From: Candidatus Woesearchaeota archaeon
Lineage (GTDB): Archaea; Nanobdellota; Nanobdellia; Woesearchaeales; JAAOYA01
Assembly: GCA_018221105.1 (NCBI GenBank)
Contig: JAAOYA010000010.1
Location: 1 to 64,000 of the forward strand
Length of the DNA: 64,000 nucleotides
Direction of reading: 5' to 3'
Below the pieces are notes generated by a model, which saw only the letters and a program-made list of their open reading frames with translations, had not been told where the DNA came from and did not search any database. Shown here one piece after another: positions 36,634-47,900 of this stretch (position 1 is the first letter of the stretch; every line of letters starts with the position of its first letter). Position numbers and translations under genes: made by a program.

Positions 36634-37545
36634 TTATTCTTCTCGATTTATGCCTAGTCCTGCTAGTGGATCGCCTTTTCTCTTTTTTATTTTCATATAA
36701 ATTTGAAATCCTATCATTAGAACAAATAATGATCCTATAATAATAAATATTGCGGTGGTTCCTACGTTGATGTTTGATGCTACTATTGATTCTGCTCTGT
36801 TAGCTACACTGTTTGCAGTATCTGTTACTTTGTTCGTTGCTTGTTCTGTGGTGTCTGGCTGGTTTTGTGTTGTAGTGCTTTGAGTGTTTTGTTGTGTGCT
36901 TTGAGTTGTTGTAGTGCTTGTTGTGTTGTCTGTGTTGTTTTGTGACGCTTCAAATTCTTCTAGGTAAGGGTTCACTTGAATGTATTGCTGCGGCATGTCA
37001 ATTACTGAAGTGTTTTCTATCGCGCGGGGTCCGCTCCAGTTTGCACAATCAGCTTCACAGTCTTCTGCAATATCGCATATGTTGTCTGTGCAGTATGGTC
37101 TTTCTGGCTGGCATGTTCCGTGAACACATAATCTGCTATTGCACCAGTCATCTGCTTTGCAAGTCTCTCCTAATCGTAATCTGCAGTTTTCTGTGTAATT
37201 GCCTGTTGTATTATCATATTCAAAATACCAACTAGTACATTCTAGCTCGTAGACTCTTACTCTTACCCAGTAACCGTCAATTATAAGATCAAATCGCGTG
37301 TTATTATAGCAGACTTGCAAGTCATTTATTGGCTCACACTGTCCAAATGGTATTATTGCTCCTTCGTACTCTGTGCTAACTTTTAATGTTGTGTTTGGAG
37401 TGTTTTGTGGCAGTGTTATATCAAAAAGATAATCTTTTAATGTGAAATTGCTGTAAAATTCTACTTCTTTATCATAAATTTTTGTTTTTGCAGTGCCTAG
37501 ACTGGATAGCATTATCAATAGTAATAATAATGTGTGCCACCTCAT
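36634..37545 (-). CDS. Secreted Cys-rich protein with Thr/Gln linker and C-terminal membrane anchor
   Basis: Signal peptide, CKADDWCNSRLCVHGTC and CTDNICDIAEDCEADC, low-complexity stalk, TM plus basic tail. Confidence 0.75.
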   Translation of the reverse strand: MRWHTLLLLLIMLSSLGTAKTKIYDKEVEFYSNFTLKDYLFDITLPQNTPNTTLKVSTEYEGAIIPFGQCEPINDLQVCYNNTRFDLIIDGYWVRVRVYELECTSWYFEYDNTTGNYTENCRLRLGETCKADDWCNSRLCVHGTCQPERPYCTDNICDIAEDCEADCANWSGPRAIENTSVIDMPQQYIQVNPYLEEFEASQNNTDNTTSTTTTQSTQQNTQSTTTQNQPDTTEQATNKVTDTANSVANRAESIVASNINVGTTAIFIIIGSLFVLMIGFQIYMKIKKRKGDPLAGLGINREE

Positions 37546-37552
37546 TTTATCT

Positions 37553-37864
37553 TTACACTGCTATTTTTTTTAGTTGTTGACTTGCGCCACAAAAAAAGTA
37601 TGCGTTGTCAAAATTTAAATGTTTTCTTAATTTTCGAAATTGTAATCGTGCTTTTGTGATTCTGTAAGAGCATTTGACTTCAAAAACATCTTTTTGTTTT
37701 CCTTTGATTGCTAGTATGTCGATTTCTGCTAGTTTGCGTTTTTTGTTGCAAATTGTTTTGTTTGTGATTAGATAGTCATATCTTGGTTGAAGTCGAGAAA
37801 CAAGCTCTTGCACGTATTTATCGTGTTTTGTAAGTTTTGCTACAAACACCTCAGGCCCAGTCAC
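37553..37864 (-). CDS. Small PD-(D/E)xK endonuclease-fold protein
   Basis: EIDILA...VFEVK...KARLQ. Confidence 0.7.
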   Translation of the reverse strand: MTGPEVFVAKLTKHDKYVQELVSRLQPRYDYLITNKTICNKKRKLAEIDILAIKGKQKDVFEVKCSYRITKARLQFRKLRKHLNFDNAYFFCGASQQLKKIAV

Positions 37865-37917
37865 AAGCTGGTATACTAATATCTATACTGATTATCTTAT
37901 TTAAAGTTTTTGTTTTG

Positions 37918-39096
37918 CTATTTTTTTGCTATGTAGACGCGCCCGTTTTTTGTTCTGAGAAGGTGTTCTTCGAGCTCTGTTATCACGTCTGTTGGTAATT
38001 CTTTGGAATTAATTTTTTTTGTTAGTTCGTAAAAGTCTAATTGTTGCAAACTATCCAGTAACCCGTGTTTTGCCAATATGTTTTTTATTAAAGCTCGCTC
38101 CGGACTGTTTTTTTCTGGAAATTTTATGCCATCATATTCTCGTACACTTGCTTTAGCGTTTGAACCAATAACTTGAGTGATATTTTTTTGTTTTGCAAAA
38201 GCTACAAGGTCATTTTTTGTTTTTTCTAAACGATTTTCAACTTTTTGTTTTGCTTCACTAAGGCCAACGTACTCGTCAACTAATCGCACGCCATCATCAT
38301 CATGAAATTCTTTTGGCGTTAATTGTTCAGTCTCGTACATATGCTTAAATTCTGGACAGTGTGGCCTAAACTCGCACCAACCGCATAAAGCGCTTTTAGT
38401 TGTTGGAAACTCTTTTGCACTCTGTATTGTTTTGATAACTTGTATTGTGTGCTCTTTTAACTTTTCTAATTCATCATCTGTTCTTGTTGAAGTAACTGTC
38501 TTGTCAAAAGCTAAGTAATGCCATACTAATCTTATTTTGTTGGCGTCATCAAACATTTGTTTTATTGCATAAGCGTAAAGCGCTAGTTGTCTATCAACAT
38601 CAAGCTTTGACTGCTCAGGCAGACTGCTTGAAGTTTTATAATCATGTATTTCGTAAGCGTCATCTTTAAAGTCCACTCTATCAATATAACCTAACATAGA
38701 ATATTCATTGTTTAATGGCACTTCAACTTTTTTCTCACAAGCAATAACTTTACTTTGATTGAATGGTTTGAACCTATTATAATAATCATTGACAAATTTG
38801 GTTGCCATAACAAAATAGTTTTCAGCAGTGTAGCCTTTTTTTACAAAAATTATTGTATTTTCATTATAGTTTTTTTGCCAAAAGTCTTTTAGTTCTTCTT
38901 GCAACTCTTCAATTGTTGGCATTTTGCCATGTTGCAGGTCTTTGTACAATTTTTCTAACGTGTGATGAGCTGCACTGCCTAAAAATGCTTCAATGCTCGT
39001 TTCGAATTCTGGCAGTAATTTGTCGACGTATTTTGCTTTGTAGCGAAAAGGGCATTGCTCAAAAGTGCTAATGCGTGAATGCGAAAAAACTACCAT
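37918..39096 (-). CDS. PD-(D/E)xK RecB/Cas4-like exonuclease with probable Fe-S cysteines
   Basis: SHSRI..FEQCP, GYIDRVD, DYKT, QLALY, CGWCEFRPHC. Confidence 0.88.
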   Translation of the reverse strand: MVVFSHSRISTFEQCPFRYKAKYVDKLLPEFETSIEAFLGSAAHHTLEKLYKDLQHGKMPTIEELQEELKDFWQKNYNENTIIFVKKGYTAENYFVMATKFVNDYYNRFKPFNQSKVIACEKKVEVPLNNEYSMLGYIDRVDFKDDAYEIHDYKTSSSLPEQSKLDVDRQLALYAYAIKQMFDDANKIRLVWHYLAFDKTVTSTRTDDELEKLKEHTIQVIKTIQSAKEFPTTKSALCGWCEFRPHCPEFKHMYETEQLTPKEFHDDDGVRLVDEYVGLSEAKQKVENRLEKTKNDLVAFAKQKNITQVIGSNAKASVREYDGIKFPEKNSPERALIKNILAKHGLLDSLQQLDFYELTKKINSKELPTDVITELEEHLLRTKNGRVYIAKK

Positions 39097-39186
39097 GATA
39101 GTGCGAGTCTTTAATAATTTATAAGTGTTTTGTGCACGATTGTCCAGTGAGAAAGTTTATAAATAAGTTATCAAGACTTTTTTGTT

Positions 39187-39432
39187 ATGAACAAAAGGTA
39201 TGATTACTTAACAGGCGATCAACAGTTCTTATGGTCTAGAATAGAATTTTATCGTTTAAGAGTTGAAGAACGAGAACTAAACGAGAAAGCTAAAGAACAA
39301 GCTGAACAAAATCTTGTAAGCTTATTAGAACAAGCAGTGGCTTGTAAGCTAGATCAGTCTAGAAAAGATATTGATTATCTTGTAAGAACTTATATTAAAA
39401 AGCCTAATGGCAACTCTTGGAATATTGATTGA
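39187..39432 (+). CDS. Hypothetical protein
   Basis: 81-aa ORF with upstream TTTATAAA. Confidence 0.45.
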   Translation: MNKRYDYLTGDQQFLWSRIEFYRLRVEERELNEKAKEQAEQNLVSLLEQAVACKLDQSRKDIDYLVRTYIKKPNGNSWNID

Positions 39433-39433
39433 T

Positions 39434-40585
39434 TTATTTTATTTTTAGTAGTGCTTTGCACTCTCGCATTATTTGCAATTCTTCATTTGTTGGAATAACT
39501 AATAATTTTATTTGACTTTCATCTGTTGATACAATGTATTCTGCACGTCGATTTTTATCATAGTCTAATTCTACCCCGAAAATTTTTAGGTGTTCTGCAA
39601 TTTTTTCTCTGACGTACCATGCTCCCTCGCCAATTCCTGCTGTGAATACTATTGCGTCCGCACCTTCTAATATCACATCATAATCTCCTATGTATTTTAG
39701 TATTCTATAGACAAACATGTCCAGTGCTAATTGTGCTTTTTTGTTGCCTTTTGCTGCTTTGTCATGTAGTATTCTAACATCTGAAAATCCTCCCAAAGCT
39801 AAAAGTCCTGATTCTTTGTTTAGAGCGTGTATTATTTGTTCTGGTTTTTTCTTGGTTTTTTTTGCTAAGTACACTACTGCTTCTGGGTCAATGTCACCTG
39901 ATCGTGTTCCCATGATGAGGCCTTCTAATGGTGTAAAGCCCATCGAAGTGTCAATACTTTTGTAGTCTTTTATTGCGCATATGCTTGCGCCGTTTCCTAA
40001 ATGACAACTGATAGTTTTTGGCGCTGGCGTTTCCAGTATTTCTGCTGTCCTGTAAGCTATGTACTTGTGGCTTGTCCCGTGAAAACCGTAACGTCGTACT
40101 TTATATTTTTTGTAAAATTCTTCAGGTATCGCGTACCTGTAAGCTTGCGGCGGCATGCTTTGGTGAAATGCAGTGTCAAAAACTGCTATTTGTTTTGTTT
40201 TAGGCATTAGTTTTTTGCAGGCTTGTATTCCTGCAAGATTTGCCGGATTGTGTAGTGGTGCTAACTCTGACAAATCCTTGATTTTTTTTGTTATTGTTGG
40301 ATTGACAAGTGTTGCTTTACTAAAGTCTTCGCCGCCGTGTACCACTCGATGTCCTATTGCCACAATGTCTTTTTTTAACATGTCAATTGAGTGCAATGCT
40401 ATCTTTACTGCTTCGTGATGGTTTTTGACTTTTGTTTTCATAATTGTCTCATCAACTATCACCTTGCAAGTTTTTAGTCCTATACCGTCAATGTGACCGT
40501 GCAATACTTTTTTTTCTGTTTTAATATCGTAAAGCGTGTATTTTAGTGAGCTTGAACCACTGTTTATCACCAAGATTTTTTTCAT
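39434..40585 (-). CDS. ackA: Acetate kinase
   Basis: INSGSSSLK, GHRVVHGG, APLHN, YGFHGTSH, HLGNGAS, TSMGFTPLEGL.MGTRSGD, TNEE. Confidence 0.97.
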   Translation of the reverse strand: MKKILVINSGSSSLKYTLYDIKTEKKVLHGHIDGIGLKTCKVIVDETIMKTKVKNHHEAVKIALHSIDMLKKDIVAIGHRVVHGGEDFSKATLVNPTITKKIKDLSELAPLHNPANLAGIQACKKLMPKTKQIAVFDTAFHQSMPPQAYRYAIPEEFYKKYKVRRYGFHGTSHKYIAYRTAEILETPAPKTISCHLGNGASICAIKDYKSIDTSMGFTPLEGLIMGTRSGDIDPEAVVYLAKKTKKKPEQIIHALNKESGLLALGGFSDVRILHDKAAKGNKKAQLALDMFVYRILKYIGDYDVILEGADAIVFTAGIGEGAWYVREKIAEHLKIFGVELDYDKNRRAEYIVSTDESQIKLLVIPTNEELQIMRECKALLKIK

Positions 40586-41562
40586 TTTTGTGCCTCCACT
40601 GCAGTTATTGCTACAACATCTACAATGTTTTCCACACTACAACCACGGCTTAAATCATTTACTGGTTTTTTTAGCCCTTGAAGTATTGGCCCTACCGCAC
40701 TGGCTTTGGCTAATCGTTCTACTAGTTTGTAAGCAATATTTCCACTTTGCAAGTCTGGAAAAATAAGCACGTTAGCATCGCCTTTTAATACATCTCCGTG
40801 CTTGCATTTTTTTGCAGCGATTTGTGGTACTATCGCGGCGTCAACTTGTAATTCGCCGTCAATCTTTATTTGTGGTGCTTTGTGCCGTACCATTTTTAGT
40901 GCTTCTGTTACTTTGTCTATTTGTTCATGTTTTGCACTGCCGTGTGTTGAAAAACTTAGCATTGCTACTTTTGGCTTAATATCAAAACGCTCAGCGTTTT
41001 TTGCCGTGTCTATTGCAATGTTTGCCAAATCTTGCGGTGTTGGATCAATTTGCACTGCGCTATCAGCGAACAACATTAGCCTATCTTGTAATATCATAAA
41101 AAAGAAACTGCTGACTTTGTGCTCTTTACTATCAGTTTTAATTATTTGTAATGCTGGTCTTATTGTGTCTGCTGTTGAATGAGTGCTGCCACTTACTAGC
41201 CCATCAGCCTCACCTAGGTGCACCATTAGAGTACCATAATACATTGGTGTTTTTGCAAGTTTTAGGGCTTCTGACTTTGTTAGGCCTTTTTCTTTTCGTA
41301 GATTATAAAGTGTTGTAGCGTACTCGTCAAGCTTTTCGCTTTTTGATGGATCAATAATAGTTACACCGTCAAGATTAATCCCTAGATTTGAACGTTTTTT
41401 TTCAATTGCTGCGCTATCACCTATTAGAACAATTCTTGCGAGGTCTTCGTACTTGATTTTTTCTGCAGCTTGCAAGATTCTGTCTTCTTCGCCTTCAGGT
41501 AGAACTATTGTTTTATGATCTTTTTTTGCTTTGTCTTTTATTGAATCAATAAAGTTACGCAA
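40582..41562 (-). CDS. pta: Phosphate acetyltransferase (short form)
   Basis: IVLPEG, AMLSFST.GS, DGELQ.DAA, FPDL.SGNI.YK, GPILQG..KPVNDLSRG; TTG start with GAGGTG RBS. Confidence 0.97.
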   Translation of the reverse strand: MRNFIDSIKDKAKKDHKTIVLPEGEEDRILQAAEKIKYEDLARIVLIGDSAAIEKKRSNLGINLDGVTIIDPSKSEKLDEYATTLYNLRKEKGLTKSEALKLAKTPMYYGTLMVHLGEADGLVSGSTHSTADTIRPALQIIKTDSKEHKVSSFFFMILQDRLMLFADSAVQIDPTPQDLANIAIDTAKNAERFDIKPKVAMLSFSTHGSAKHEQIDKVTEALKMVRHKAPQIKIDGELQVDAAIVPQIAAKKCKHGDVLKGDANVLIFPDLQSGNIAYKLVERLAKASAVGPILQGLKKPVNDLSRGCSVENIVDVVAITAVEAQK

Positions 41563-41648
41563 TTGAACACCTCTTTTGAATGATTGTGTTTATAGACTTT
41601 TATAAACTTTATGATTGCTGATAGTAAGTTTTTTATAGAATATCATTA

Positions 41649-43541
41649 ATGAGATTTTTAATGGTCTTTGTACAAAAATATATGGTTTTGGATGCTTCTA
41701 ATGGACAGTTTGAAGTCAAGGACATGCCAAGCGAGTGGCTTGGACCACTAGACTTTGGCTTTAACATGAACAATGACGGCGACTATTTTTGTTTTGGAGC
41801 AGGCATTTTAGGCGGTAGTATGATAGCGGGGACTAATCGCTTGATTTTTACTGGCGATAGTCCTTTATGGGAAGGATTCTACATTTCAACAGTTGGTGGT
41901 GCTGCAGAAGCACTAGCTTTCACTGGAGTAAATAACATAGCGATTAAAAATAAAACTGATGGTTACAAAGTGTTAGTAATCAATTATAAAGATAACAAAT
42001 TAAGTGTTCGTTTAGAACCAGTGGACTTTAAAAAATTAATAAGTGTTGGATTTGCTGGCAAAAAGGGTTCTTTTGCAGTGCAGCAATATATTCATGACAC
42101 TTACCGAAAAGATTTTGGCAATCACTTCAGAGTTTTTGCGGTTGGCCCTGCAGCACAAAATTCTTGTATGGGAGCAATACTTTCAACTGCTGTTGTAGGC
42201 GGCAAAATGTTAGATGGCGTTGACGGTTGGGCTGGCAGAGGCGGACTTGGCAGCAAAATGTTGCAAGAGCATGGCATTATTGGAGCAATTTATGGTGGCG
42301 ACTTTGCAATTGACGCTAAATGGCGCGATATTAAAAATCTAAACGTTGTATTTGAAAAGGCAATGCAACAGACTATGACTCAAGCAACAACTGACGCGAC
42401 AACAAAATATCGTTATGACGAGGCTGTAAAAAGCGGTGGGACACTAGGAGTTAATTTTACTAAACTCAAAAACTGGCTAATTTATCGCAATTGGGATTCA
42501 GTGCATGACAGTGAAGAAAAGATTCTCAAAGTTCACAAAGAATTCATCATCAATCATTATGTTAAACAATTCAATGAAGAAACAATTATACCAAAACAAC
42601 AACGCACTTGTGGAGAAGTTTGCCCTGCTGTTTGTAAAAAAATGAACAAACAGTACAAAAAAGATTACGAACCATACGAAGTAATGGGGCCAAACTCGAT
42701 GATTTTTGATCAGCGCGCAGCAGAATTGTTAAATGGTCATTGTGACATGCTAGGCTTTGACGCAATACAAATAGGCACAACTATTGGATGGGTTATGGAA
42801 TTAATGCATGAAAAATTACTAACTAAAGAAGAATTAGGTTTAACTAAAAATCCTAAGTGGGATATTGACAATTTTGATGTTGTAAATGATTCAATGCACA
42901 ACGCAAAGTTAGGCATGGAAATTTTAGATCTTGTGATGAGCGAGCACGAACTAGGAAAAATCTTGCGATTAAACATTCGAAAAGCTGCTCTCGAGTTAAC
43001 AAAGCGTTTTGCTGACAGGGGAGATTTTAAACAGTTCGCAATGTATGTTGGTCACGGCGATACTGGTTGCATCACACAAAACCAGTATTTTGTGCCAGGT
43101 TTTTCAATTGGCATTCCTATCGCCGGAAAATACTTTGAAGGCTACGATGTCACGTTTAGAACACCTTACGAGTTAGGAAAACACTCTATGGAGCGCATGA
43201 CGTACGAGTTCTACAGTGATAACACCGGCATTTGCCGCTTTCACCGCAAATGGGTCGAGAAAGCCATCCAACAAGTAGTCGGTGATTTGACAGGTGTCAA
43301 TGTTGATTATTACCAACACCACAAAAAATTAGCAAAAGCAATTCGTGACAAGTACGCAAAACCTGTTTACTGGGAAACTTCGCGTGTTAAAGAAGTCATT
43401 GGCAGCTACTTAAAAAAAATCAGTTTGTGCGAGCCAGAAAACACAGAAGCAAAAAAATTAGCTGAGATGTTCGAGCACAACACAGAAGACGCAAGCGTCC
43501 ACTACTGGCAAGAAGCACTAAAAGGAATAAATGACTACTAA
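41649..43541 (+). CDS. Aldehyde:ferredoxin oxidoreductase family tungstoenzyme, GAPOR-like
   Basis: AGRGGLGS, GGTLG, CGEVCPAVCKK, DYEPYE..GP, GFDAI, GICRFHR.W. Confidence 0.8.
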   Translation: MRFLMVFVQKYMVLDASNGQFEVKDMPSEWLGPLDFGFNMNNDGDYFCFGAGILGGSMIAGTNRLIFTGDSPLWEGFYISTVGGAAEALAFTGVNNIAIKNKTDGYKVLVINYKDNKLSVRLEPVDFKKLISVGFAGKKGSFAVQQYIHDTYRKDFGNHFRVFAVGPAAQNSCMGAILSTAVVGGKMLDGVDGWAGRGGLGSKMLQEHGIIGAIYGGDFAIDAKWRDIKNLNVVFEKAMQQTMTQATTDATTKYRYDEAVKSGGTLGVNFTKLKNWLIYRNWDSVHDSEEKILKVHKEFIINHYVKQFNEETIIPKQQRTCGEVCPAVCKKMNKQYKKDYEPYEVMGPNSMIFDQRAAELLNGHCDMLGFDAIQIGTTIGWVMELMHEKLLTKEELGLTKNPKWDIDNFDVVNDSMHNAKLGMEILDLVMSEHELGKILRLNIRKAALELTKRFADRGDFKQFAMYVGHGDTGCITQNQYFVPGFSIGIPIAGKYFEGYDVTFRTPYELGKHSMERMTYEFYSDNTGICRFHRKWVEKAIQQVVGDLTGVNVDYYQHHKKLAKAIRDKYAKPVYWETSRVKEVIGSYLKKISLCEPENTEAKKLAEMFEHNTEDASVHYWQEALKGINDY

Positions 43542-43806
43542 AAAAATAATTGAATTACTAAAACTTTTAGAAAAACTAGTTTTAGAAAAAAATAAAGAAA
43601 AACAAGCAATAATCGCGCTAGCAATTGATGAGTTTAGCTCAAAAAATTATAAAATTATAAAATCATTTCTTGATGAAAAAAAGTTAGATTTTGGTTTTGA
43701 TTCTTTTTTGACACTTCACCATTGGGGCGATAAAACTGGTTATAATATTATCGCACTTGATGATATTAAAGAAACAATTGAAAAATTAAAAAATGTTATC
43801 GAGTGA
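43531..43806 (+). CDS. Hypothetical protein
   Basis: 91-aa ORF overlapping both neighbours by 11 nt. Confidence 0.5.
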   Translation: MTTKKIIELLKLLEKLVLEKNKEKQAIIALAIDEFSSKNYKIIKSFLDEKKLDFGFDSFLTLHHWGDKTGYNIIALDDIKETIEKLKNVIE

Positions 43807-44866
43807 TTTGAAAACTTTTTACTTTAGAAAATAGTTCTTTGGCTTTTTTGTTTTTTTCAAAGTGTTGTCTTACTGGCTCTAATATTTTGTTTATGTACTC
43901 TGCTGCCGTGTTTTTGACGTCTAGTGGATGAACTTTTTTTGCTTTGAAGTCCTTGGCTAGCGCATCGAATGAATCGTATGTTAGGTCTCCGCCGAACTTT
44001 TGTGGTCTTTCTACTTTTATTGTTTTATATTTTTCAAATATTATTTGTTTGTAATAATCTAAAATAGGGTTTTCTTCGATTACTCCTTCTGGACAGTATG
44101 CTTTTTGCAGTTTTCTTTTAACATCATCGACTGTGTCTGTCATGAAAATTGCAGTGTCGGGTTTTGACTTTGACATCTTAAGATCCATCACTCTGTCCTC
44201 GCCACTGCTTTTTGGCGGTTGTCCTAAGCCCATCAGCATGTAATGGTGTACTGCTACTGGTTTTTTACTAAATAGTTTTGGCCCTATTTCTCGTGCTAAC
44301 ATGTTAACTTTTCGTTGGTCCATTCCAAGCTGGCAAATGTCAGCTTCCAAATGGAATATGTCTGCTGCTTGCATGCAAGGATAAAGTATTTGTGATGATT
44401 GTAAAACACTGCCTTCTTTGCGCCCCATTATCTGACCACAGCGCATTATTCTATTGATTGTTGTGTTGCGCGCTATACTAACAACTTTTTTCCAGTACTC
44501 TGAGTCATTGATGAAATCGTTTACTTTAACAAATTCAACATTTTTTAAGTCTAGTCCGCTGGCTTTCCAGATTTCTATAAAAAAATCTCCTGTTGTTTGA
44601 ATGTTCTCAAGATTGCCTCCTAATTTATTATTGGCCCAAGCGTGCCAGTCTGCAATAAGCATTTTAAATTTGACGCCAGTAGAAGTTAGTTTGTTAATGT
44701 TGATTGCTCTCATCACACCTTGTGCAATATGTGGAATGCCTGATGGTTCGAATCCGTCGTATGCTATCGGATTCTTTTTTGTCTCGAAAAGGTTTTTTAG
44801 TTCTTCTTCTGTTACTATTTCTTGCGCGAAACTTTTTACTAATTCTAGTTTTGTCCCAAGATCCAT
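43796..44866 (-). CDS. tyrS: Tyrosine--tRNA ligase (archaeal/eukaryotic type)
   Basis: YDGFEPSG..HIAQ, ADWHA, YPCMQAAD, LGMDQRK, KMSKS; likely start ATG 44866. Confidence 0.96.
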   Translation of the reverse strand: MDLGTKLELVKSFAQEIVTEEELKNLFETKKNPIAYDGFEPSGIPHIAQGVMRAININKLTSTGVKFKMLIADWHAWANNKLGGNLENIQTTGDFFIEIWKASGLDLKNVEFVKVNDFINDSEYWKKVVSIARNTTINRIMRCGQIMGRKEGSVLQSSQILYPCMQAADIFHLEADICQLGMDQRKVNMLAREIGPKLFSKKPVAVHHYMLMGLGQPPKSSGEDRVMDLKMSKSKPDTAIFMTDTVDDVKRKLQKAYCPEGVIEENPILDYYKQIIFEKYKTIKVERPQKFGGDLTYDSFDALAKDFKAKKVHPLDVKNTAAEYINKILEPVRQHFEKNKKAKELFSKVKSFQITR

Positions 44867-44986
44867 AATTAGTTTGAAACTCTTGTCATTTATCAAATTT
44901 TTGGTATTTTAGAGCATAAAAAAGGCTAATTTTATATACGAGTAAGAACAATTTCAGTCTATTAACGTCAATTTAGTGGTCAAACT

Positions 44987-47900
44987 ATGAAATTACAGAA
45001 AGAAACAACGTTTGATATAGCAGCATTAACAATTATTCTTTTAAGCATGTGGTTGTTGCCAGGTTTTTTTTTAACAACTGAGACTGGTGTTTTTGAGGCT
45101 ACTGCTTTTGCAGCTTTTGCTGGCGGGGCTGGCCAAGGAAAGAATGCTTCTATCTATATTTTTGATGATACTGATAGTGTCACTCGAGAGCCTGGCCAAA
45201 CAATAAAACTTTTTGTTAATTACACTTTAAACAATGGCACTATAGTAACTGATGGTGATTGTGATATCTTTTTTGTTAATTCTTCTGCTAATATGACTTA
45301 TAATGCTACTAGTACTTATTGGGAGTACGATAACAGTTTTGCTAGTGCAGGAGCATATTATTGGAGTACTATTTGTAATTCTACTAACATCAATAGTTAT
45401 TTGAGTGTTTCTGATAATGCTGATATAACTCCGACTAGTAATGCTAGTTTTTCAAACTTAGAAATTACTAGTCTTTCAGGACAAACACAAACTGATGAGG
45501 ATTTGTTTTTTGAGTATGATTTTGATTACATTAATAATTATTCCGAGACTAGTTCTTGGCAATGGTACAAAAATGGCGTGCCAGTTAATGGTGTTAGTGG
45601 TGTTGATACAGGTTTTAGTTTTAACACAACAAGCAATAATTCTCAACCCGTCGGCATAACTTATGCTAATGGATACTTATGGGTAACAGACAAGAATAGA
45701 AGAGTCTATAAATACAATCTTAACGGTACATACACAGGGACAAGTTTTAATTTAAATTCATCAGGGATTAATGGTCTTGCAGGAATAATTTTTGTTGATG
45801 ACTATTTTTGGATACTAGGCTGGACTACAGATAAATTTTACAAATACAATCTTAACGGCACATACACGGGGACAAGCTTTGACCTCGCTGCCAATGGTAA
45901 TGAACACTCGCGAGACATCGCTTTTGTAGATGGATATTTTTGGATATCAGATGTTGGTGATAGCCTAATATACAAGTATTATTATGATGGCACATACACA
46001 GGGACAAATATCAATGTAGCTCCACAAAGTATTACTAACCCGACAACCATGACGTATGCAGATGGATATTTTTGGGTTGTTCAGGCACTTGGAAATAACA
46101 CAGTTTACAAGTATTATATTAATGGTACTTACGCAAACGAAAATTTTGATATAGGCCCCGGTATTGATCCAGATGGTATGGTTTACGTCGATGGATATTT
46201 TTGGATTAATAGTTATAATACTAAAAAAGTTCACAAGTTTTATCCTGAAATAATCAATAGTTCTCAAACAAGTGTTGACGACAATTTCACATTAGAACTT
46301 ACACCAGCTGACGGTCTTGCTCTTGGAACACCACAAAATAATACTGTAACAATTATCGTAGCGCCTCCTGAAGGTATATTAACTATTTTTGATGACACTC
46401 TAAAGTTTACTAATGAAATGGCTAGTTTTTTTGCCAATTACACTACTGAGACTGGCATAGTCTTAGATGATAGTACTTATAGCGGGGTTTGTCAAATAAA
46501 GTTTAATATTAGTGGTTCGTGGACTGGTTTTGATAACATGACTTTTAACGCTTCAAGCGATTTGTATGAGTATAATCGCTCTTTTAGTGTTGGTATTCAC
46601 TCGTTTTACCAAATTGATTGTAATTCAACACACCCAGATTCCAATATTTCAGCGCTTGATAATTACGATATCAGCCCGGTAAGCCTTAATATTAACTCTT
46701 GCGATAACTTGAATTTTCAAGGAACTCTTTACAACCTCACAAGCAATGTTAGCAGTACCTCAAATTGTTTTAACGTAACAGCTGACAGTATCACACTTGA
46801 TTGTAAAGGTTATACTATTGATTATGGTACTGGAGGAGTTCTTCTTGGGTATGGTATCGAAGCTTCCAATATTGATACTTTAACAATAAAGAACTGCGTC
46901 ATTAAAGAAGGCGTCGCGGCTACTAATTACAAGCACGCAATAAGACTAAGCAACGTAGATAACATAATAATAACTAATACTAACATCACAACACGCGTGC
47001 ATTATAGTAGAGGAGTGTCATTAGTAAACACTAATAATACTAATATGTCCTTGGTAGATATCCGTACTAAAGGTAACTTTGCTTATGGTATTTACTTGAA
47101 TCTGGCCACAAACAATTATTTTAAAGGATTAAAAGGTATGAATTCTGGCTCCTCATCAGCAGTTATTTATACGGATGGAGCAAACGATTTTAACATTTTT
47201 GACAGTTATATATTTGACAACAGTACTTATAATATAAATACTGGGGTTGTTGCTAGCGGCGATTTTAATTTAACTAATGTAACCTTTAACTCTGTAGAAA
47301 GAAACATTGCTGGCATAACTGTGGATACTAAATTGAATAGGATGTGGTATTTTAATCTTAATGTTACTAACACTTCTGGTGATGTTGAAGTCGGTGCTAA
47401 TGTTAGTGTTTATGACCTTAACAATAATTTATTATTTTCAGAATTAACCGATGGCAGCGGTCGCATATCACAAAAAGTTCTTAAGCGTTACATACAAAAC
47501 TATACTAACGTATTTTATTATGACACCCCCCTAAAAATTAATGTTACTAAAGCTGGCTATCCTTCAAAAATTGTTTATAGCGGTTTATCAACTAATGTTG
47601 ATTTAACAATTGTGTTAGGGCAAGGAAGTAACGTCAATATAGATTCTTGTGGCGATCTTGGAATACACGGAGCGAACTATTTTTTAACACAAAATGTTAT
47701 TTCTGGCACCCTCTTTCCTTGTTTTGAATTTGTCAGTGATGACGTAACCCTTGATTGTCAAGGTCGCACCGTGGACTTTATTAACACTCTTGGCATGGTT
47801 CCAGGTATTAAAGCTTTTAATCGTAGAAATATTACTGTTAAGAATTGTCGAGTACTTGATGATTACTACAACACAACAAGACCTCACGGTATTGATTACG

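Noticed and set aside
37918..39096. cas4 as evidence of a CRISPR-Cas locus
   Set aside because: No cas1/cas2, effector genes or repeat-spacer array in the window.
34828..39096. Integrated element at tRNA-Ala or tRNA-Met
   Set aside because: No integrase and no duplicated tRNA 3' end noticed; flanking genes look chromosomal.
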